Origin: a virus | Lineage: Duplodnaviria; Caudoviricetes | Length of the DNA: 52,704 nt | Strand: one strand, 5' to 3' | IMG/VR virus record: IMGVR_UViG_3300046715_000106 | Location: 1-52,704 of that record | Part shown: positions 26,182-33,467 of the stretch, one piece after another | Position numbering within the stretch: position 1 is the first letter of the stretch | How the letters are laid out: every line of letters begins with the position of its first letter | Position numbers and translations under genes: made by a program | The notes under the pieces: model-generated | The model's database searches: none | Seen by the model: the letters and a program-made list of their open reading frames with translations, nothing else | What the model was told of the DNA's origin: nothing

Positions 26182-26694
26182 ATGTTCACGCACATCATCG
26201 CCGCCGCCCCCGCCATCAGCGTGGAAGGCGGACGCATCCTCGGCTCGGTCGGCGCGGGCGGTATCGCGACCGCGCTCACCGTGATCCTCGTCGCCGGGAT
26301 CCGCGAGCCGAAGGGTGGTGGAGGCGCCGGCCCGGGCGGCGGCGGGGGTGGCGGGAAGAAGGGCCGCATCCGCAAGCGGCTGACCAGCGACCAAGCCCAG
26401 TGGACGGGTGTCGCCGCGGGCACGTTCTACATGACCGCCGGGTCCATCTGGACGGTCGGCAAGAACCTCTCCGACGCGTTCGCCACCGTCTTCACCGGCG
26501 GCGGGTTCGGCACGGCGGGCATGGGCGCGGTCAGCCTGCTGCTCGCGGCGCTCATGTACTTCCGTGAGCTGGCCCCGGCGAAGGCTGCGTTCGTGGGCGT
26601 GTTGGCGGCGGGGGTGTGGTCGCAGGCGGGCGGGATTTGGGGTCTGCCGCAGGCGTTGATCCTCACCGGGGCGCATGCGGTGGGCGCCATCTAA
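26182..26694 (+). CDS. Gly/Ala-rich polytopic membrane protein
   Basis: Several GxxxG-rich hydrophobic helices. Confidence 0.75.
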   Translation: MFTHIIAAAPAISVEGGRILGSVGAGGIATALTVILVAGIREPKGGGGAGPGGGGGGGKKGRIRKRLTSDQAQWTGVAAGTFYMTAGSIWTVGKNLSDAFATVFTGGGFGTAGMGAVSLLLAALMYFRELAPAKAAFVGVLAAGVWSQAGGIWGLPQALILTGAHAVGAI

Positions 26695-27353
26695 TGAAGA
26701 TCATTACGAAGGCAGGGGAGCGGCTCCCCCAATGGCTGGCCACCGAGATCCGGCCCGTCCTCGCATTCACCGGAGCAGGCCGCGCCCTCGTGACCGGGTC
26801 CCGGATCCTCACCCGCCGCGGATGGGACGCCCTCAGCGAACGCCTCTACGGGTGGGAAAAGTACGGGGCCCTGGCGTTCACCGGATACGCGGCCGTCTAC
26901 ACCGGCGGCCACGCCCCGCACATCGCACGCTTCGTCATCCCCGCGGCCGCCGTCGTCTGGTGTGTCGCCGCATGGTGGGTGGCCCCGCCCGTTGTGCAGC
27001 CGGCCGTCGAGGACACCGAACCGGAACCCGACGAGCAGCCCGGCGCCAGCGACCCCCAAGGGGTGTACGAGGCCACCCTCGAATGGATCTGGCAACAGAT
27101 CGGCGACGCCCAAGGCGTACACCTCCGCGACCTCCTCGCCCACGCCCACGCCCACGGCATGTTCGAGGACCTGGAAGTGACCGACCTCAAGGGCCACTTG
27201 GAGCGGTGGGCGATCCCCATCCGCAAGCGCTGCCGAGTCCGCGGACTCGGGGTGACCGTCGGCATCCACCGGGACGACCTGCCAGCCCCTTCCCGCCCCT
27301 CCCCCGGGCGAGAGGCCCAAGACCCCCCGGAATCTGAACTACACGCTGGGTGA
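26694..27353 (+). CDS. Membrane protein with C-terminal winged-helix-like domain (TraB-like ends, no ATPase)
   Basis: Two TM helices, acidic linker, GVHLRDLL...LKGHLERWAIPIRKR...GIHRDDL. Confidence 0.65.
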   Translation: MKIITKAGERLPQWLATEIRPVLAFTGAGRALVTGSRILTRRGWDALSERLYGWEKYGALAFTGYAAVYTGGHAPHIARFVIPAAAVVWCVAAWWVAPPVVQPAVEDTEPEPDEQPGASDPQGVYEATLEWIWQQIGDAQGVHLRDLLAHAHAHGMFEDLEVTDLKGHLERWAIPIRKRCRVRGLGVTVGIHRDDLPAPSRPSPGREAQDPPESELHAG

Positions 27354-27401
27354 CCTGCGAAACCACACCCCGACTACGCCCCGACTACAGGGGCCGACCA
27401 C
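27336..27401 (+). repeat. Short direct repeats (CCGACYAC / ACYAC)
   Basis: CCCCGACTAC at 27368 and 27379, CCGACCAC at 27394, degenerate copies at 27336 and 27360. Confidence 0.55.
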
Positions 27402-27417
27402 AGGACGGAGGCCCGGG

Positions 27418-27669
27418 ATGCCGTACGTGTACCGCTGCCGGAAGTGCCGCGCATCAAGCCCCCCGGGCCCCCGAAGAACCGCCGAGGAGTACCGGCAGGA
27501 GCACCGCGACGAGAGGCACGGCGGGCTCGTCCCGCGCGGCGAAGAGATCGTGCGGGTACCAGGGAGCACCCCGAATCCGGACGGCAGATACGTCAGCACG
27601 GGTGGGCTCCTCGGTCTGCTCGGTCTGCTCGCGGTCGCCGAGTTCCTGGCGCGGGTCCTCGGCCGGTGA
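27418..27669 (+). CDS. Zinc-finger protein with C-terminal TM anchor
   Basis: CRKC...H....H plus hydrophobic tail. Confidence 0.7.
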   Translation: MPYVYRCRKCRASSPPGPRRTAEEYRQEHRDERHGGLVPRGEEIVRVPGSTPNPDGRYVSTGGLLGLLGLLAVAEFLARVLGR

Positions 27670-27812
27670 CCGGTTGCCCGGACCGCCTGCACCCGCGGGC
27701 GGTGCGGGGAGCCAGGCACCGCCTGAACTCCACACCCCGGGACGGCTGTTCCTCCGCCAAGACGTCCAGCCGCCCCGGGCCCATCCCGATCACACGAGAC
27801 AGGAGCGCCATC

Positions 27813-27959
27813 ATGGCACTCGGCTGGACGACCAACCCCGAGCCGGACGACGAGCGGCTGCAAGGACACGAGACCGTCTACCAGGCAAGCCGCGGCGGGC
27901 ACTTCCCCGTCGAGGAGAAGCCCGTACCGGGAACACCGCAGGAGCCGCAGCAGAGTTGA
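27813..27959 (+). CDS. Small hypothetical peptide
   Basis: RBS AGGAG, 48 aa. Confidence 0.55.
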   Translation: MALGWTTNPEPDDERLQGHETVYQASRGGHFPVEEKPVPGTPQEPQQS

Positions 27960-28063
27960 CGCGCCCTGCCACACTGGCGGCAGGTCGTCAGTGCCAGGCC
28001 CCGCCACGCAACCCCCCGTCGTGGCGGGGCCGTCCCACACCAGCACAGCGATAGGACAAGACC

Positions 28064-28213
28064 ATGACGGACAACAGGCCGGCCCGCCGCACGCACACCC
28101 GCCTCGCCGACATCGATCCGACCGCGCAGTCGACGGTGCGCTCGGCTGGCAGGGTGCGGGACATCCCGGGCCGCCGGCCCGCCAAGCCGATCACCTTCGA
28201 CTCGGCGCTGTAG
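28064..28213 (+). CDS. FxSxx-COOH RiPP precursor-like peptide
   Basis: MTDNRPARRTHTRLADIDPTAQSTVRSAGRVRDIPGRRPAKPITFDSAL*; RBS AGGA; followed by terminator; absent from the ORF track. Confidence 0.72.
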   Translation: MTDNRPARRTHTRLADIDPTAQSTVRSAGRVRDIPGRRPAKPITFDSAL

Positions 28214-28223
28214 CACCCATACG

Positions 28224-28264
28224 CGAAGGGCCCCTGCTGGCTTGGGAGCAGCAGGGGCCCTTCG
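28224..28264. terminator. Terminator hairpin between convergent genes
   Basis: 16-bp stem CGAAGGGCCCCTGCTG / CAGCAGGGGCCCTTCG. Confidence 0.8.
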
Positions 28265-28285
28265 TCATCCCCGAGACCGGCCGCG

Positions 28286-28738
28286 TCAGTTCTTCGCCTC
28301 GTCAGCCTCCAAGCTGAGCGTCAACGCCGACCCGCCCGCCAGGATGGTCCGCGCATCGTCAGGACACGGCGACCCCTCGATGCTGGCGTTCTCATCGCCG
28401 AGACACTCGTGCTTGGTGTACGCCTCGACAGCATCGTTGACCTTGCCGATCTCCGCGACAGTCCGCGGGTACGAGTCCTTCCCCCCAGCCTCCGTGACCG
28501 CCTGCTCCAGATCGGTGACGGCGAGAGCAATGTCCGTGAGGTGGTCGGCGCAGGCCTCGTCGCCGGCCTGGTTGCAGATCCCGGTGTCGGCTTTGGCCGC
28601 GGCTTCGAGCTTCGGTGCCCACTCCGCGGCGAGGCTGCTGCTGCTCGGGCTGGGCTTGCTGTCGCTGCCGTTGCTGCTGCTGGTGCATGCGGTGGCGGCG
28701 GCGAGGATGAGCGCGGCGGCGATGGCGTGTCTGTGCAT
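28286..28738 (-). CDS. Lipoprotein with four Cys in the mature domain
   Basis: MHRHAIAAALILAAATAC lipobox, Ser-rich linker. Confidence 0.78.
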   Translation of the reverse strand: MHRHAIAAALILAAATACTSSSNGSDSKPSPSSSSLAAEWAPKLEAAAKADTGICNQAGDEACADHLTDIALAVTDLEQAVTEAGGKDSYPRTVAEIGKVNDAVEAYTKHECLGDENASIEGSPCPDDARTILAGGSALTLSLEADEAKN

Positions 28739-28854
28739 GGTGGTGCCCCCCTTGTGTTGCCGGTGAGGGTAGATGACCGGCGGGTTGGGGGGTGAGGGGT
28801 TCGCGTGGATTCGTTCGCGAGGAGGCCCCGCTCGGTGTCCGGGCGGGGCCTTCG

Positions 28855-29106
28855 TCATGCGGGGAGTTGGGCGTCGCAGTCCGGGCAGAGGTAGGCCAGC
28901 AGCTCGCCCGTGACGACGCTGCGCACCTCGGCCGGGGTGAGGTGACGGCAGGCGCCCTTCACGTACTCGGGGCGGCCGTCAATGCCGGTTACGTCGATCC
29001 ATTCCCAGCGCGGGTCGAGATCGAGGGTGGGGCCGAAGACTGCGTCGAGTATTTCCGCCCCGCGGGCCAGCTCTTGGAGCCGGGCCTGGTTCTCGGCGTC
29101 GCTCAT
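28855..29106 (-). CDS. Small zinc-ribbon protein
   Basis: CRH...CPDC. Confidence 0.6.
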   Translation of the reverse strand: MSDAENQARLQELARGAEILDAVFGPTLDLDPRWEWIDVTGIDGRPEYVKGACRHLTPAEVRSVVTGELLAYLCPDCDAQLPA

Positions 29107-29369
29107 GTGGCCGGCTCCTCGCCCGGACGCACCGGCGGTTGCGCCTCGAACACCTCGGCTACGGCCCCGTCGTAATCCCGAACCTCGAACCGTCCGGTCG
29201 GGACGAACGTCGCCTGCGCATACGTGCCGTCACCAGGCGGCGTCCAGTCGTCGGGCGGGGGCGGTGGAAGGGCCGTCCGGTCGATCCAGCGGCCGTCCCA
29301 GCGTGGTGGGAGGAACCAATCGGGGGCGCCGGGTGCTGCGCGGAGAACGACGTAGTCCGGCTCGCTCAT
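29103..29369 (-). CDS. Hypothetical protein
   Basis: Coupled; PTGRFEVRDYDGAVAEVFE. Confidence 0.6.
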   Translation of the reverse strand: MSEPDYVVLRAAPGAPDWFLPPRWDGRWIDRTALPPPPPDDWTPPGDGTYAQATFVPTGRFEVRDYDGAVAEVFEAQPPVRPGEEPAT

Positions 29370-29608
29370 GCGTTCTTCTCCTCGCCGCCCGGCGGGCGCT
29401 CGCGCAGGTCGGTCCGTGCGCCCTGGCCCGGCCGCTCGAACCCGATGATCGTGGCTGGCTTCCAGACCGGGGAGCGGCCGAACACCTGGTCGGGCTCGGG
29501 GAGTTCGCCGCGCTTCCGGGAGCGGTAGGTGCGCACGGTCTGTGGGCTGATGCCCCAGTGTTCGGCGACGTCGGTGATGGTCCAGTAGTCGGCGTTGGGG
29601 TCGGGCAT
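29366..29608 (-). CDS. AlpA/MerR-type HTH regulator
   Basis: WTITDVAEHWGISPQTVRTYRSR..LPEPD..FGRSPVW...RPGQGARTDL. Confidence 0.82.
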   Translation of the reverse strand: MPDPNADYWTITDVAEHWGISPQTVRTYRSRKRGELPEPDQVFGRSPVWKPATIIGFERPGQGARTDLRERPPGGEEKNA

Positions 29609-29681
29609 GGTCCGCCTCGTTGTCGTTGTGGTGTGGACAAAGTCTAGCGGGTCCAGCCTCGAATACTTCGCTGCATTCATG

Positions 29682-29717
29682 TTGACAAGGTTCCATCGGG
29701 AGGTCTAACCTTGTCAA
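29682..29717 (+). promoter_or_regulatory. Sigma70/HrdB-type promoter overlapped by an 11-bp inverted repeat
   Basis: TTGACA-N18-TAACCT; TTGACAAGGTT-N14-AACCTTGTCAA. Confidence 0.75.
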
Positions 29718-29746
29718 TATCAAGGCGACAAGGTGAGGGGAACGAC

Positions 29747-30136
29747 ATGAGGCACACGGCGAACGAGACCAGCACCACCACCCTCACCCGCCTCATCAAG
29801 GCCCTCGACGCCAAGCACCCGGTGACGATCACCTACACCAAGGCCGACGAGACCGTCACGGTGAGGACGATCGAGGTCTACGACATCGTGGTCAGCGCCG
29901 CCGGCGACATCCTGCTGAAGGCCATGGACCGCGAGACCGGCGAGTCCCGCTCCTTCCGCCTCGACCGCCTCGTCTCGTACACGGTCCACCGCACCGAGTA
30001 CACCGTCGCCCGGCCGGCCGCCGACGAGCCCAAGACCCGCCCCACCCACGGCCTCGCTTCGGTCACCGTGCTCTACCCGGTCGACCTCCCCGCCCTCGCC
30101 CGCGTCGAGCTGCTCGCCGACGCCCTCGCCGCCTGA
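29747..30136 (+). CDS. Stand-alone WYL-domain protein
   Basis: VTITYTKAD..VTVRTIE...D..TGESRSFRLDRL. Confidence 0.85.
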   Translation: MRHTANETSTTTLTRLIKALDAKHPVTITYTKADETVTVRTIEVYDIVVSAAGDILLKAMDRETGESRSFRLDRLVSYTVHRTEYTVARPAADEPKTRPTHGLASVTVLYPVDLPALARVELLADALAA

Positions 30137-30154
30137 CCCCGACCGGAGGCACCG

Positions 30155-30373
30155 ATGGCCCGCGCCGTAATCAACGAGACCCTCACCGAAGCCTGCGCCC
30201 AATTCGCGGCGCTGAAGAAGACGCTCCCCATGGAGTCGAGCATCCGCGGCGCCGAACGCACCGCACTGATGCACGCCCTGTACTGCCCAACCTGCCAGCC
30301 GATCGCAGACGATCTGCGCCGTCAGCAGGCCGCCGAGATCGCTCGGCTCGCTAACGAAGGAGAGGAGTCCTGA
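30155..30373 (+). CDS. Small hypothetical protein
   Basis: H...CPTC; RBS GGAGG. Confidence 0.6.
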   Translation: MARAVINETLTEACAQFAALKKTLPMESSIRGAERTALMHALYCPTCQPIADDLRRQQAAEIARLANEGEES

Positions 30374-30528
30374 TGCCCCGCATGATCGGCCGCCACGCCC
30401 CGGACGGCCCTGGTGGCCGCGACTGCCACTGCTGCGGCCAGCCCCCCGGCCGGCAGCGCACCACCGCCCGCCGGCGTGTGAAGCGCAGCGAACGCAACGC
30501 CTGGAAGCGCGACACCCGCCGCGCCTGA
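30373..30528 (+). CDS. Small Arg-rich peptide with CHCC motif
   Basis: TGATG coupling, RBS GAGGAG. Confidence 0.55.
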   Translation: MPRMIGRHAPDGPGGRDCHCCGQPPGRQRTTARRRVKRSERNAWKRDTRRA

Positions 30529-30570
30529 CCGCCACCAGCACCTGCCAGACCTGAACTGAAGGAGCAAGCC

Positions 30571-31017
30571 GTGGACTTCCGCGACGCCATCAACATCGTC
30601 ACCGCCGAACTCACCCCGCAGCCCTGGGAGTACACGGACCAGGCCGGGACGACGCTCACCGTCATCCCCGCCGGCCTACGCGAGGCCCCGGGCTGCGCCG
30701 AGGTCGTCGTCCGCGTCACTGCCAGCCGCACCCTGGCCGCCGAGACCCGCGTCCCCACCGTGGACCTCCCCGAGATGATCGCGGCAGTCGCCGAGGCGCT
30801 CGGCTGGGAACACTTCACCGTCACCGACGACCGCCTGGCCCTCATCCCCGACGACAACGGTGACCTCATCCTGACCATCGGCGAAATGGGCTACGGGAGG
30901 GGAGAGCCGGTCGAGACGACCGCCGCTGTCCGCGTCCCCGCCGCTCAGCGGCTGCCGCTCGCCTCGGCGCTGCGCAGGGCTACCGATGTCGCCCGCGGCT
31001 GGGAGGACGAGGCGTGA
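30571..31017 (+). CDS. Hypothetical protein
   Basis: RBS AAGGAG. Confidence 0.7.
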   Translation: MDFRDAINIVTAELTPQPWEYTDQAGTTLTVIPAGLREAPGCAEVVVRVTASRTLAAETRVPTVDLPEMIAAVAEALGWEHFTVTDDRLALIPDDNGDLILTIGEMGYGRGEPVETTAAVRVPAAQRLPLASALRRATDVARGWEDEA

Positions 31018-31026
31018 TCTACCGCC

Positions 31027-31288
31027 TCTGACCCCGCGCACGCCGAAGGCCCGACCCTCACCGAGGAGAACCCCATGCAGGTCATCACCGTCGCCGACGA
31101 CGGCACCCTCCGTATCGAGTTCACCGCCGAGGAGGCCAAGCAGATCCGCGAAGCCCTCGAACGGAACTGGAACAGCATCTACAGCCCGGCCAAGGAGTTC
31201 GTCCGCTACGTCGACACCCTGTACGGCGAGCGCCCGCGCCCGACGTTCCCCGGCGGCGGCTTCTGACCCCGCGCACGCCGAAGGCCCG
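31027..31288 (+). repeat. 27-bp direct repeats flanking a one-gene cassette
   Basis: TCTGACCCCGCGCACGCCGAAGGCCCG at 31027-31053 and 31262-31288. Confidence 0.9.
31075..31266 (+). CDS. Small hypothetical protein
   Basis: RBS GAGGAG, 63 aa. Confidence 0.7.
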   Translation: MQVITVADDGTLRIEFTAEEAKQIREALERNWNSIYSPAKEFVRYVDTLYGERPRPTFPGGGF

Positions 31289-31367
31289 CCCCGGACGCCC
31301 GACCCGGAGTGGGCCTTCAACGCGTGCACCAAGGCCACCAGTTGCACACCCTCGTTACCATCAGACC

Positions 31368-31931
31368 ATGAATACCGGTAACGAGCCACCCGTACCGGCC
31401 GAGCCCAACCAGCCCGCCGGCCAGGACGAAGCCGCGCCCGCACGCGCTGACGGCTGGTACCGCGCCCGCGACAGCCGAGGCCACTTCTTCCAAACCCTCG
31501 ACAGCGCCGAACGCGACGCAGCGGCCGCACGGCTCGCGGCCCAAGGCCGGAAGTACCAGGACATCGCCGAGGAACTCGGATACCACGGCAGGGGCGACGC
31601 CTGGCGCGCCGTCCAGCGGTGCCGCAAGGCCGCCCTCAAAACCGCCGGCGCAGAGCTCATCGCGACCGAGGCTGCCCAGCTCGATGACCTGTACGTTGCC
31701 GCGCTCGAAGTCCTCGAACGCGACCACTACGCCCACGGAAACGGCAAGGTCGTCACCATGGACGGCGTGCCCGTCCTCGACGACGGGCCGAAGCTCGCTG
31801 CAATCCGGGAGCTGCGGCAGATCCGCGAGTCCTACCGCAAGCTCACGGGCGCCGACGCGGCACAGAAGATCAACGTGGAAGGTGCCGTGCGGTACGAGGT
31901 CGTTGGCGTCGACGCAGAAGACCTCACGTGA
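31368..31931 (+). CDS. terS: Terminase small subunit, probably leaderless
   Basis: HTH (YQDIAEELGY); coupled to TerL; TACCAT 6 nt upstream of ATG. Confidence 0.75.
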   Translation: MNTGNEPPVPAEPNQPAGQDEAAPARADGWYRARDSRGHFFQTLDSAERDAAAARLAAQGRKYQDIAEELGYHGRGDAWRAVQRCRKAALKTAGAELIATEAAQLDDLYVAALEVLERDHYAHGNGKVVTMDGVPVLDDGPKLAAIRELRQIRESYRKLTGADAAQKINVEGAVRYEVVGVDAEDLT

Positions 31932-33277
31932 CGACCGCGCTCGACCAGGACGCGATCGTCCGGTACGAACCCCGCGGCGCGGCACGCGAGTTGTTCAAGG
32001 CGCGGGGCTCCGAGGTCGTCCTCGCGGGCCCGGCCGGCACGGGCAAGTCGCTGGCCGCGCTGTTCCGCCTGCACCTTGCCGCGCTCCACAACCCCGGCAT
32101 CCGCTGCCTCATCGCCCGCAAGACCGCGGTATCGCTCGGGTCGACGACGCTGGTGACGTACGAGAAGAAGGTCGCCGCGGACGCCCTCGCCCGGGGCATC
32201 GTGTCCTGGTTCGGCGGGTCGGCGCGGGAAGCCGCCTGCTACCGGTACTCCAACGGCTCCGTCATCGTGGTCGGGGGCCTCGACAAACCGGAGAAGATCC
32301 TCTCCGCGGAGTATGACCTCGTGTTCTGCGACGAGGCGACCGAGCTGACGGAGACCGACTGGGAGACGATCGGCACCCGGCTCCGTAACGGAGTCCTGTC
32401 GTGGCAGCAGCAGATCGCGGCGTGCAACCCGGCGCACCCAACCCATTGGATCAAGCAGCGGTCCGGGCGCGGCCAGATGCGGATGCTGGTGTCCCGGCAC
32501 CGCGACAACCCCGCATACGTGCTCGCGGACGGCACGTTCACAGACAAGGGCCGCGACTACTTCGCGAAGCTCGACGCGCTCACCGGTGTCCGCCAACTCC
32601 GCTTCCGCGACGGGATCTGGGCTGCGGCCGAGGGCTTGATCTATGAGTCGTTCGATGAAGCGCTGCACGTCATCGAGCCGTTCAAGATCCCGAACGAATG
32701 GACGCGGTGGCTCGGCGTCGACTTCGGATACACCAACCCGATGGTCATGCAGTGGTGGGCCGAGGACGGCGACGGCCGCCTCTACCTCTACCGCGAGACC
32801 TACCGCACGCAGCGCCTCGTCGAGGACCACGCGAAGACCGCCCTGTCCCTGATGCGGTACCCGCGCGGGCAGTGGAAGGAGCCGCAGCCCCGCGCGATCA
32901 TCTGCGACCACGATGCGGAGGACCGGGCCACGCTGGAGAAGCACATCGGGTTGGGCACGGTCGCCGCGAAGAAGACGGTGTCCGACGGGATTCAGGCGGT
33001 GCAGTCGCGGCTGAAGGTCCAAGACGACGGCCGGCCCCGCCTGTTCATTGTGCGGGGTGCGCTCGCGGAGCGGGATGACGCGCTCGCCGAGCGGTCCCTG
33101 CCGACCTGTACGGCCGAGGAAGTCGCGGGCTACGTGTGGGCGGTGAAGCCGGGGACGGGCGGGGCGGGGCTGAAGGAGCAGCCGCTCAAGGAGAACGATC
33201 ACGGGCTTGATGCCCTGCGCTACGTCGTCGCGGAGCGGGATCTCGGCGGGCGGCCCCAGTTGAGGTGGGTGGGATGA
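31928..33277 (+). CDS. terL: Terminase large subunit
   Basis: GPAGTGKS, LVFCDE, CNP, GVDFG, DHGLDALRY. Confidence 0.95.
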   Translation: MTTALDQDAIVRYEPRGAARELFKARGSEVVLAGPAGTGKSLAALFRLHLAALHNPGIRCLIARKTAVSLGSTTLVTYEKKVAADALARGIVSWFGGSAREAACYRYSNGSVIVVGGLDKPEKILSAEYDLVFCDEATELTETDWETIGTRLRNGVLSWQQQIAACNPAHPTHWIKQRSGRGQMRMLVSRHRDNPAYVLADGTFTDKGRDYFAKLDALTGVRQLRFRDGIWAAAEGLIYESFDEALHVIEPFKIPNEWTRWLGVDFGYTNPMVMQWWAEDGDGRLYLYRETYRTQRLVEDHAKTALSLMRYPRGQWKEPQPRAIICDHDAEDRATLEKHIGLGTVAAKKTVSDGIQAVQSRLKVQDDGRPRLFIVRGALAERDDALAERSLPTCTAEEVAGYVWAVKPGTGGAGLKEQPLKENDHGLDALRYVVAERDLGGRPQLRWVG

Positions 33278-33450
33278 GGAAGCTTCGCGTGAACCCCAAG
33301 AGGCTGAAAGATTTGCGGCCAGCAAGCATGTTGACAGGAGGATTTACACTCATCACAGCGGGATGCTGGAACATCTTCGGCACCGGGGTTGGCCTCATCG
33401 CCGGAGGAGTCCTCACTTGCGTCTTGCAGTGGGTGCTCGACAGCGACTGA
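33274..33450 (+). CDS. Small two-TM protein between TerL and portal
   Basis: Hydrophobic pair; coupled. Confidence 0.6.
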   Translation: MRKLRVNPKRLKDLRPASMLTGGFTLITAGCWNIFGTGVGLIAGGVLTCVLQWVLDSD

Positions 33451-33467
33451 CGTGAAGGGGGTGGCCG

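Noticed and set aside
33330-33360. Late promoter at TTGACA inside the small TM gene
   Set aside because: No convincing -10 box at 17-18 bp spacing; left uncalled.
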